This document shows positions 33,030-39,455 of a stretch of DNA of 39,455 bases, piece after piece. Source of the stretch: a virus; the IMG/VR virus record IMGVR_UViG_3300027719_000014. One strand, 5' to 3'. Each line of letters opens with the position of its first letter. Within the stretch, counting starts at the first letter, position 1. The notes under the pieces are model-generated. The model ran no database searches, was not told the DNA's origin, and worked only from the letters and a program-made list of their open reading frames with translations. Made by a program: the position numbers and the translations under genes.

Positions 33030-33476
33030 ATGATTGCCACATCGAAATTTGAAGAAGATTACGCGGATGTCGTAGAGGTGCGCAGAGGGAATGACCCGCT
33101 TGATGTTGATTTTTCGTGCGCAACTTTTGAAATTGTACGCGACGTGTTGTCTCAGGACGACGGCGGCTTTCGGCCAGGGTCGCGGTTCAAAAAGGATCAC
33201 ATGCGCCGGATGCTTATGGACAAATCAATTGACCCACGGGCCATGGTCAGGAACCTAAGAACGGGCGAGGTAAAACAGGTAGTACAATTCAAGCTGACAA
33301 CGCCAGACCGCAACTATGACAAGAAAAAAATAGCTGACGAAGAAATACCAAAGATGCAGGCGCTATTCAGGAGCGGATTTACTCAGGCAAGAATTGCGCG
33401 GATGTACGGGATCAGTTCCGCGCAAACCAGCAGAATCATAAACGGAAAAAGAGGAGCATCATGTATCAGCAATTAA
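33030..33476 (+). CDS. Hypothetical protein with C-terminal helix-turn-helix
   Basis: GGAG RBS before the ATG at 33030. C-terminus LFRSGFTQARIARMYGISSAQTSRIINGKR. Confidence 0.55.
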   Translation: MIATSKFEEDYADVVEVRRGNDPLDVDFSCATFEIVRDVLSQDDGGFRPGSRFKKDHMRRMLMDKSIDPRAMVRNLRTGEVKQVVQFKLTTPDRNYDKKKIADEEIPKMQALFRSGFTQARIARMYGISSAQTSRIINGKRGASCISN

Positions 33477-33859
33477 TTTTAGTAGGAAATTTGGGCAAAG
33501 ACCCGCAAATGTCTTACACTCCATCCGGCCAGGCCGTCACATCGTTTTCTATGGCAACCAGCCGCAAGTACACGAAGGATAACTCGACTGTAGAAGAGAC
33601 TACATGGTTTCGCGTGTCAGTATGGGGCAAACAGGCCGAGGCGTGCAATACCTACCTGCGCAAGGGCAGTAAGGTGCTGGTAGAAGGACGCCTGCAAGCT
33701 GACCCCGCTACTCACGGCCCGCGCACGTTCACGAGGAAGGATGGAACTACCGGAGCTACATTCGAGGTGACGGCGGAAACGGTGCGGTTCCTGGATTCGA
33801 AGTTGTCGGGAGAGACACAGGCGCAGGTTACGGCTGGCGACGATGAGATTCCATTCTGA
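33461..33859 (+). CDS. ssb: Single-stranded DNA-binding protein
   Basis: OB-fold signature LILVGNLGKDPQMSYTPSGQAVTSFSMA...TWFRVSVWGKQAE...YLRKGSKVLVEGRL and an acidic C-terminal tip DDEIPF. Confidence 0.9.
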   Translation: MYQQLILVGNLGKDPQMSYTPSGQAVTSFSMATSRKYTKDNSTVEETTWFRVSVWGKQAEACNTYLRKGSKVLVEGRLQADPATHGPRTFTRKDGTTGATFEVTAETVRFLDSKLSGETQAQVTAGDDEIPF

Positions 33860-33862
33860 TAG

Positions 33863-33890
33863 TTGACAAGTAGCGAACAGTCGCTATAAT
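33863..33890 (+). promoter_or_regulatory. Consensus sigma70 promoter TTGACA-N16-TATAAT
   Basis: Both hexamers are perfect. It sits 3 nt after the ssb stop and about 100 nt upstream of the first tRNA. Confidence 0.7.
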
Positions 33891-33994
33891 GAAATTATGT
33901 ATGCTAGTTTCATCACCAGCGCCCTGGCTCGGTAAACAGGTAAAAATTGCGACAGGGTAATGTCTTCGGGAACACGAGGCTAACCGAAGAACAA

Positions 33995-34067
33995 GCCTCA
34001 TTAGCTCAACGGACAGAGCGAATCGGTTCTAACGATAGTGTTGGTGGTTCGAATCCACTATGAGGCT
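33995..34067 (+). tRNA. tRNA-Arg (anticodon UCU)
   Basis: Hand-folded cloverleaf: acceptor GCCTCAT/ATGAGGC, D arm GCTC-AACGGACA-GAGC, anticodon loop GTTCTAA, T arm GGTGG-TTCGAAT-CCACT. There is a 27:43 A-A mismatch and no encoded CCA. Confidence 0.85.
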
Positions 34068-34070
34068 CAT

Positions 34071-34143
34071 GCCACATTAGCTCATCTGGTAGAGCGGAGA
34101 TTTTGTAAATCTATGGTGGATTGTTCGAGACAATCATGTGGCT
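34071..34143 (+). tRNA. tRNA-Thr (anticodon UGU)
   Basis: Acceptor GCCACAT/ATGTGGC, D arm GCTC-ATCTGGTA-GAGC, anticodon loop TTTGTAA, T arm GATTG-TTCGAGA-CAATC. No encoded CCA. Confidence 0.85.
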
Positions 34144-34621
34144 CACGCCGTGGTGCAAGTAGCACAGCCTATACGGTAGGCGGATGAGCGTTTGAATCGC
34201 TCAGGCTAATGAACATATCGAAAATTGAACAGTTGATCGGCGGCGTGGACGGGGACACGCGGATAGGCCCTCAAAATTACGCTTGCTTTGGTCTACTGCG
34301 ATCCAGAGGGACAGCAAACCAATAAACCGGGTTCAAACCCCGGCCGATCAAATAGAATATAATGCCGAAGCTATGAAGCGCGTAGTCGCGTGGAGCACGG
34401 CTTATAGATTAGGCTGGTTACGTGGAGCGCGTTGGTATGCCGTTCAATCCGGTTCGCCATGGTAGCAGTGACCTGAGCCAGCCTTCCATGCGGGTGGAAG
34501 GTAAGATATCTTACCAGACCCATAATCTGGAATAACACAGTCTGATTCTGTGACCCGCAACATTACTGGCGAAGCCTCTACTCGACTCTGAGAACGGCTC
34601 AACTGTCGCCAGTCGTACAGT
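34144..34621 (+). ncRNA. Candidate large structured non-coding RNA (or array of tRNA-like/degenerate tRNA modules) co-transcribed with the tRNAs
   Basis: Three further T-arm-like hairpins (34186-34202, 34327-34343, 34439-34453). An 8-bp acceptor-like closure at 34233-34240/34344-34351. Anticodon-arm-sized hairpins at 34514-34530 and 34536-34552, and a long hairpin at 34565-34613. No RBS-preceded ORF. The region is bounded by a consensus promoter and a strong terminator. Confidence 0.45.
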
Positions 34622-34663
34622 AAAACAGCTTTCCAGTTGATCGCGGAAGGCTGTTTTATTTTT
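34622..34663 (+). terminator. Strong rho-independent terminator (13-bp stem incl. one G-U, 10-nt loop, T-rich tail)
   Basis: aaaacagctttcc-agttgatcgc-ggaaggctgtttt followed by atttttg. Confidence 0.8.
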
Positions 34664-34757
34664 GCAATATGATGCAACAACTTATCAACTTTGTTTACTT
34701 CTCGCAACGCAATGTAAACTAAGTAGCCACTTTTGTATACTTTCGTGGATTTGCTAC

Positions 34758-34786
34758 TTGTAATGCAGTGTGTTGCGTGATACAAT
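34758..34786 (+). promoter_or_regulatory. Candidate promoter TTGTAA-N17-(TGa)TACAAT
   Basis: Extended -10 TGaTACAAT at 34778-34786 and a -35-like hexamer at 34758-34763, 50 nt upstream of the 34837 gene. Confidence 0.45.
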
Positions 34787-34836
34787 CCTCGTAGAGCGCA
34801 TGGGCGCATAATCTAATTTAATCCATTGGAGGGTAT

Positions 34837-35160
34837 ATGACTGATTTTGTTCTAACTCCTGAATTACTCGCGGCTATCGTCGGTATCGTATTGTCTCTTG
34901 CATTCTCGTACATCCCTAATCTGAATACGGCTTTTGCCGGGCTTACCGCCGAAGTCAAGCGCCTTGTTATGGCCGGGCTATTGCTTGCTGTGGCCGGAAT
35001 GGTAATGGCTCTCGGATGCTACGGGATCTTGTCGTCGGGGATTGCGTGCGACCAAGGCGGCGCTATCCAGCTCGTGTCTATTTTTATTTCAGCGATGATC
35101 GCCAACCAGGGCGCATACGCACTGACCCCTCAGACTCAAGCTGTAAAAGATGCGAAGTAA
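34837..35160 (+). CDS. Membrane protein with about 3 TM segments (holin-like candidate)
   Basis: GGAGGG RBS; hydrophobic stretches LLAAIVGIVLSLAFSYI, LVMAGLLLAVAGMVMALGCYGIL and IQLVSIFISAMIA; 107 aa. Confidence 0.5.
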   Translation: MTDFVLTPELLAAIVGIVLSLAFSYIPNLNTAFAGLTAEVKRLVMAGLLLAVAGMVMALGCYGILSSGIACDQGGAIQLVSIFISAMIANQGAYALTPQTQAVKDAK

Positions 35161-35163
35161 ACT

Positions 35164-35535
35164 ATGGCGGGCATATCAGAACGCTCCGCAGCAGAACGTG
35201 TAACAAATGCCGATTTAGCCCTTCTTTTGGGGGGGATTGACACGCGCCTCACAGTTATCGAAGGGACGACCGGCCGGCTTGACAAAGCTATCAACGGCAA
35301 CGGAAAGCCGGGCTTATTGGAAGATTACAGATGCTTACAGGTTGACTTCAATAATCACATCAAAGAGGCAAAAGATCAAAAGGAACGCGCAGACGCTGAT
35401 AAAAAGACCGCCATTGACAAAAGGGAGAAATTCTCTGCCAGGACTTGGGCGATTGTAATGGCGGTTATCGGCGCGTTCATCACGCAGACGGTCGGCCTCG
35501 TAATACTGTTTATCAGGACTGGTGCAATCAAGTGA
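35164..35535 (+). CDS. Coiled-coil protein with C-terminal TM anchor (XhlA-like / lysis-accessory candidate)
   Basis: N-terminal coiled region, central NGNGKPGLLED, C-terminal WAIVMAVIGAFITQTVGLVILFI. Confidence 0.45.
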   Translation: MAGISERSAAERVTNADLALLLGGIDTRLTVIEGTTGRLDKAINGNGKPGLLEDYRCLQVDFNNHIKEAKDQKERADADKKTAIDKREKFSARTWAIVMAVIGAFITQTVGLVILFIRTGAIK

Positions 35536-36758
35536 GCGAATCTATTACATGGACTAACTGCCAGGTAAGACTTGGCGAACTCAAAGAATGGGAAGGCAAC
35601 CCGGCCGAGATTGGCAAAGAAGCAGCCGGTCGCCTTGTTGAATCATTCAATGAGTTCGGGCAGGTCCAGGCGCTGGCGATCGATCCTGATAACCGGCTGA
35701 TAGATGGACACCAGCGATTATCCGTATGGCTGCATAAATTCGGCGCTGATATGCTCGTGGATTGCCGCCAGTCATCTCGTTTGCTTACCGACAAGGAACG
35801 CCAGAAGATAGCAGTATACCTGCGCTCCGCCGCGGTCGGTCGATACAATTGGGATATTATTGCAAATTGGGATACCGGCGATCTGAAGGAATGGGGATTT
35901 GATAGCCATACCCTGGATGATTGGAATACAGATGTTCGTGCGCTGTCGAATTTCTTGGAAAGTAGCAAGCCAGATCAGGCAGACGCAGAACCGCAAATTG
36001 ACCGCGCCGCTGAACTCAATGAGAAGTGGCAGGTAAAGACTGGCGACTTATGGCAGATAGGCGAACACCGGTTATTGTGTGGGGATTCGACTGTTTTGAG
36101 CGACGTTGAAAAATTAATATTCGGAAATAAAGTATTCGTATTTAGCGATCCCACTTATGGAATTGACGTTGTTTCTGGATCAAAGGTTGGTGGAGCCGCC
36201 TCCACCAAATTCGGCAAAGTTGGGGTGGAAAATTGGGTAGATTCACATGAGTATCCAGAGATTATCGGTGATGATAGCACGGATACGGCGCGTAATTTCT
36301 ATGCTGTTTGTACCTCATTGAGAATAACTGATTTTATTCTATGGGGCGGAAATTACTTCACTGATTTTCTTAGTCCGTCTCGTTGTTGGCTGGTGTGGGA
36401 TAAGCAAAACACTGGGAACTTCGCCGATGTTGAATTGGCGTGGACTTCATTCGATAAAAGCGCAAAGAAATACGAGTGGTTATGGAATGGGCTAAGCAGA
36501 GAAGGTAATAGGAAAGACGAGCTGACTAGCCGTGTTCATCCTACCCAAAAACCCGTTGGACTTACTCAAGAAATAATGAATGACTTTCCAGCCGATATTT
36601 ATTATGATGGCTTTCTCGGTAGCGGTTCTTTTATGGTTGCCGCTCACAATGTAGGCAAGAAGATGTATGGCATTGAAAAAAGCGTTGACTACTGCGCTGT
36701 CATACTCGAACGCATGGCGACTGCGTTTCCAGAATTAGAAATCACAAAGATACTGTGA
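35532..36758 (+). CDS. ParB-like nuclease domain fused to an N6_N4-family DNA methyltransferase
   Basis: GTGA overlap start. N-terminal ALAIDPDNRLIDGHQRL (ParB/Srx-like). C-terminal VFSDPTYG (DPPY-like), VHPTQKPVGL and DGFLGSGSFMVAAHNVGKKMYGIEKS (motif I). Confidence 0.75.
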   Translation: MSESITWTNCQVRLGELKEWEGNPAEIGKEAAGRLVESFNEFGQVQALAIDPDNRLIDGHQRLSVWLHKFGADMLVDCRQSSRLLTDKERQKIAVYLRSAAVGRYNWDIIANWDTGDLKEWGFDSHTLDDWNTDVRALSNFLESSKPDQADAEPQIDRAAELNEKWQVKTGDLWQIGEHRLLCGDSTVLSDVEKLIFGNKVFVFSDPTYGIDVVSGSKVGGAASTKFGKVGVENWVDSHEYPEIIGDDSTDTARNFYAVCTSLRITDFILWGGNYFTDFLSPSRCWLVWDKQNTGNFADVELAWTSFDKSAKKYEWLWNGLSREGNRKDELTSRVHPTQKPVGLTQEIMNDFPADIYYDGFLGSGSFMVAAHNVGKKMYGIEKSVDYCAVILERMATAFPELEITKIL

Positions 36759-36774
36759 ATTAACAGAGATAAAA

Positions 36775-37113
36775 ATGGCAAACCCAAGTTCACTCAAACC
36801 ATTCGTAAAAGGCGACCCTCGCATAAATCGCAAGGGGCGCCCTAAGACGTTTGACGCGCTTCGGGAACTGGCTCAGTCTATTGCGCACGAAGAAGCACAG
36901 AATGCCGGAAAGCCTATTGTCCTGAATGGACACGTGGTGACGGTTACAGAAGCTATCCTGCGCTCATGGGCGTCAAGCAAAGATCCACGGCTGCAACAGG
37001 CTTTTGTTTCGTACGCGTTCGGGAAGCCGAAAGATGAAATAGATGCATACGTTCACGGTCAATTGACGTGGGGAGAATTTATCAAGGGGAACAATGACAC
37101 TCCCAACCCCTAA
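36775..37113 (+). CDS. Small terminase subunit candidate (DUF5681-like N-terminus)
   Basis: NPSSLKPFVKGDPRINRKGRPK resembles the conserved N-terminus of small proteins that precede TerL; it overlaps the TerL start. Confidence 0.5.
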   Translation: MANPSSLKPFVKGDPRINRKGRPKTFDALRELAQSIAHEEAQNAGKPIVLNGHVVTVTEAILRSWASSKDPRLQQAFVSYAFGKPKDEIDAYVHGQLTWGEFIKGNNDTPNP

Positions 37114-38479
37114 AGAAGTTCTGTTTGACCCAGAGAAGTTTTCTGAACACTTCTTGTATATTCTTGACAAGGATAAGAGCTTAGTACACTTCCGATGGAA
37201 CCGGGCGCAGCGCCATTTTTCATCACATCGAACCGGTCGGGATCTGATATTGAAAGCGCGACAACTTGGATTTAGCACACTTGTTCAGGGCGAAATGTTC
37301 CGGAGAGAAGTAACGTCAACCAGGGCGGCAATGACACTGGCGCACGATGACGAGACAACGCAGAAGCTGCGCCGCATGGCTGACCGGTTTTGGGAAAACT
37401 GTAAATTTGGTAACGTGCAACCACTGCGAAAGTATAGCAACGCTACGCTGACGACATACCCTGAATTCGACAGCGAGGCAACTATTGCAACTGCCGGGAA
37501 TAAAGAGGCCGGGCGCGGTGGAACTTACACAGACTTTCACGGTAGCGAGGTTGCGTTCTGGAAAGATGCCGAGAAGTTGGTAGCTGGGGCAATGCAAGGC
37601 GGTAGCCCTGATGTCGTGCTAGAATCCACTCCGAATGGTACGCAAGGCTGGTTCTACGAAAAGTGCATGGAGGCGCTTGACGGTAACAGTATCTGGACGC
37701 TGCATTTTTACCCGTGGTGGTGGGATGATGGTTACAGAACGGCATTAGAACCGGGCGAAGAAATACAGTACACCGATGAAGAAAGCGTACTAGTAAAAAA
37801 GCATAACTTGCAACCCGATCAAATCAAGTGGCGCAGGAACAAGAGACGGGAACTCGGGCGATTGTTTATTCAGGAATACCCCGAAGATCCCCGCACTTGT
37901 TTTCTCACTTCTGGCAATAGTTATTTTGGTGACTTGTCCATTCCGCTTGAGGACGTATTCACGGCTCCGCTTGATGCAACCTATCAGGAAGGGCACCAAT
38001 ACCGCGCCGGGTTAGACTTTGGAAAGCAGCAAGATTATCTTTCATTATCCGTGTTTGACTTTACAGACCGCGTACAGGTGGACTTGTTGCACATCAATCA
38101 ATTAGCGTGGGGAGAAATGCGGCGGCGCTGTCACGAGAAGTATAATCAATGGCAATTGCCGTACATTGTGGCAGAATCAAACTCAATGGGCGATACCAAC
38201 ATTGAGGCAATGATTGAAATGGGAATGAGCATATTTCCATTCAACACCACGAATGAAAGCAAGGCGCTTGTTTGCCAGAACCTACATGAAGGATTGGACA
38301 CAGGATTCAAATTGCAACCATACGAAGTACAGCGGCACGAATTCCAAACATTTGTAAGTACTCAATTACCGTCCGGATTGTGGCGATACGCAGCCGAAGG
38401 AACTGGGCATGACGATACCGTTATCAGCGGAGCGCTGGCTTATGATGCGCCGAATCACAATCCGTGGCTATTTATGTAA
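37094..38479 (+). CDS. terL: Terminase large subunit
   Basis: ATPase motifs ILKARQLGFSTL (Walker A-like) and TDFHGSEVAFW (Walker B-like). C-terminal RNase-H-like nuclease blocks AGLDFGKQQDY and GHDDTVISGALA. 461 aa, directly upstream of portal. Confidence 0.85.
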   Translation: MTLPTPKEVLFDPEKFSEHFLYILDKDKSLVHFRWNRAQRHFSSHRTGRDLILKARQLGFSTLVQGEMFRREVTSTRAAMTLAHDDETTQKLRRMADRFWENCKFGNVQPLRKYSNATLTTYPEFDSEATIATAGNKEAGRGGTYTDFHGSEVAFWKDAEKLVAGAMQGGSPDVVLESTPNGTQGWFYEKCMEALDGNSIWTLHFYPWWWDDGYRTALEPGEEIQYTDEESVLVKKHNLQPDQIKWRRNKRRELGRLFIQEYPEDPRTCFLTSGNSYFGDLSIPLEDVFTAPLDATYQEGHQYRAGLDFGKQQDYLSLSVFDFTDRVQVDLLHINQLAWGEMRRRCHEKYNQWQLPYIVAESNSMGDTNIEAMIEMGMSIFPFNTTNESKALVCQNLHEGLDTGFKLQPYEVQRHEFQTFVSTQLPSGLWRYAAEGTGHDDTVISGALAYDAPNHNPWLFM

Positions 38480-38489
38480 AGGTGAAACC

Positions 38490-39455
38490 ATGAGCAAACG
38501 AGACTATAAACTGATCAAGATCGACGGAGAAAAAGCAGTTACCCTGTGGGGTGATGAAGGCTGGGTAACGAGCGACCAGCAGCCGAACCGTGATAGCGCC
38601 ACATTCCTGGCTGGGCGCGTTGCTATCGTATTCAGGGCAATGGATGTGCGTGCAAATGCCGTAGCCTCCATCCCATTTGACATCATCCGCATGTCTGATG
38701 GCAGCGTGTATGACACGTCGACCGACTACAAAAACCAACTGGGCTTTCTTCCAAACCCCGGCGAGCTGTTCAAGAAATTGGAAATGTCGCTCACCCTGTA
38801 CGGAAAAGCATACATCTATGACAGCGAGAACGCTCGCAACTATCCTGGCGTGTTCCGCTACATTCTGCCGACCACCACCACCTACGACGCGCAAAAGGAT
38901 TTATTTACTCGCAGGGTTGAAGCAACTGGTGGGGCGTCGCTTGACAAGCCGTACCAGCCGGCCGCCATGCGCGACGGCAAACTGACGAAGGGCGAGAAAA
39001 TCGTTTTTGTGTGGCAACCCGATCCAGACGTTGAACACGGTCCGCCGATGAAGTCACCAGGTGGAGCCGCGCTTGCTGCCATGGGCGTACTGTTCAATCT
39101 GGATTACTCGGTTGCGCGTTTCTTCAAAAACGGTATGCTTCACACGCAGGTATTTGCCGTCAAGGGCGGTATGTCGCCAGAGCAAAAGGGCGAATTTGAA
39201 GAGCGAATGAACACGCTCCGCGGCGTGTGGAATTCTTTCAAGGGCCTGTTCATCAACGCTGAAGAATTTAAACCGGTTGATCTTGGCGGAGGCATCGAAG
39301 AACTCGAGAACGTTCCGCTTACAAAAGACAAGCGCGAGGATGTGGCAATTGCTCTTGGCGTTCCGATGACGAAGCTGTTTACCGAATCCGCCGCAGGTCT
39401 CGGCGGCGCGGGCGTGTCGTCTGGTGATGACCGTCGCCTGATCAGTGATACTGCC
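38490..39455 (+). CDS. Portal protein, N-terminal 322 codons (runs off the window end and continues at base 128 in the circular molecule)
   Basis: ATG at 38490, 11 nt after the terminase stop. The frame is open to the window end and in frame with 128..727 after removing the 127-bp repeat, giving a 521-aa product. Its position directly after TerL and its size are typical of HK97/SPP1-type portals. Confidence 0.8.
   Translation, partial: MSKRDYKLIKIDGEKAVTLWGDEGWVTSDQQPNRDSATFLAGRVAIVFRAMDVRANAVASIPFDIIRMSDGSVYDTSTDYKNQLGFLPNPGELFKKLEMSLTLYGKAYIYDSENARNYPGVFRYILPTTTTYDAQKDLFTRRVEATGGASLDKPYQPAAMRDGKLTKGEKIVFVWQPDPDVEHGPPMKSPGGAALAAMGVLFNLDYSVARFFKNGMLHTQVFAVKGGMSPEQKGEFEERMNTLRGVWNSFKGLFINAEEFKPVDLGGGIEELENVPLTKDKREDVAIALGVPMTKLFTESAAGLGGAGVSSGDDRRLISDTA
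39329..39455. repeat. Second copy of the 127-bp terminal direct repeat
   Basis: Identical to bases 1-127. Confidence 0.95.

Noticed and set aside
34144-34210. A third canonical tRNA (anticodon-loop-like ATACGGT would read ACG, Arg) right after tRNA-Thr
   Set aside because: The D-like (GTGC-aagta-GCAC), anticodon-like and T-like arms are present at roughly tRNA spacing. However, the 5' end (cacgccg) cannot pair with the 3' acceptor side (aggctaa) and the D loop is only 5 nt. I treat it as a tRNA-like module or pseudogene, not a functional tRNA.
34233-34351. Phage attP core (3' tRNA fragment) implying an integrative lifestyle
   Set aside because: T-arm plus acceptor-like sequence can mark attP sites. 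But both halves of the acceptor helix are present here, and no integrase, excisionase or repressor gene is recognisable anywhere in the genome.
34283-34809. ORFs 34283..34465(+) and 34444..34809(-) in the non-coding unit
   Set aside because: They have no RBS, run through T-arm-like hairpins, the strong terminator and the promoter-like region, and their translations look non-protein-like.
1-39455. Alternative genetic code (TGA reassigned), prompted by the in-frame TGA at 24568-24570
   Set aside because: TGA is used as the stop codon in many ATGA/GTGA start-stop overlaps throughout the genome (for example 724, 2894, 7331, 11194, 15821, 31195 and 35532), so the standard code 11 fits.
1-39455. 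CRISPR array, transposase/IS element, retron or DGR reverse transcriptase, toxin-antitoxin pair
   Set aside because: I saw no regularly spaced direct repeats, no DDE/HUH or reverse-transcriptase (YxDD) motifs in any ORF, and no obvious TA-like gene pair. The repeats found are the terminal overlap, one 21-nt inverted pair and short junction cassettes.

Overview
The window is a complete, circularly closed dsDNA tailed-phage genome. Bases 1-127 are identical to 39329-39455, so unit length is 39,328 bp, and the portal ORF reads straight through that junction. Layout: (i) a rightward late block, 38490 through the junction to about 19040. It carries portal, MuF-like minor head protein, an HK97-type prohead protease fused to the major capsid protein, head-tail adaptor, major tail protein, G/GT chaperones with a canonical -1 frameshift, tape measure, tail tip and fibre genes, a GH25 endolysin and an AT-rich accessory tail end. 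(ii) A leftward early operon of small, often Cys-rich ORFs plus a RecT/Redbeta-like annealing protein (24627 down to 19210). It converges on a bidirectional terminator at 19055-19077. (iii) A rightward early/replication operon (25059-33859) with three DNA methyltransferases, a replication organiser, a Gp37/Gp68 (DUF5131) protein, a DnaB-like helicase, a VRR-NUC-like nuclease and SSB. (iv) A promoter-to-terminator non-coding unit (33863-34663) with tRNA-Arg(UCU), tRNA-Thr(UGU) and about 480 nt of highly structured, T-loop-rich RNA. (v) Two membrane proteins, a ParB-methyltransferase fusion, and small and large terminase. I saw no integrase, repressor, CRISPR array or transposase, so a virulent siphovirus-like lifestyle is inferred. 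The most unusual features: the large structured RNA next to the tRNAs; a 300-nt GC-rich structured island between the divergent early operons; enzymes embedded in the head module (Zn-ribbon SAM methyltransferase and a Maf/DUF115-like putative glycosyltransferase) that suggest virion modification; an intrinsic terminator 23 nt upstream of the capsid gene; a five-methyltransferase plus DUF5131 load; and a C-terminal LEW...CxxC...H..C module present in three early proteins. All functional calls rest on motif recognition by eye; no database search was possible.
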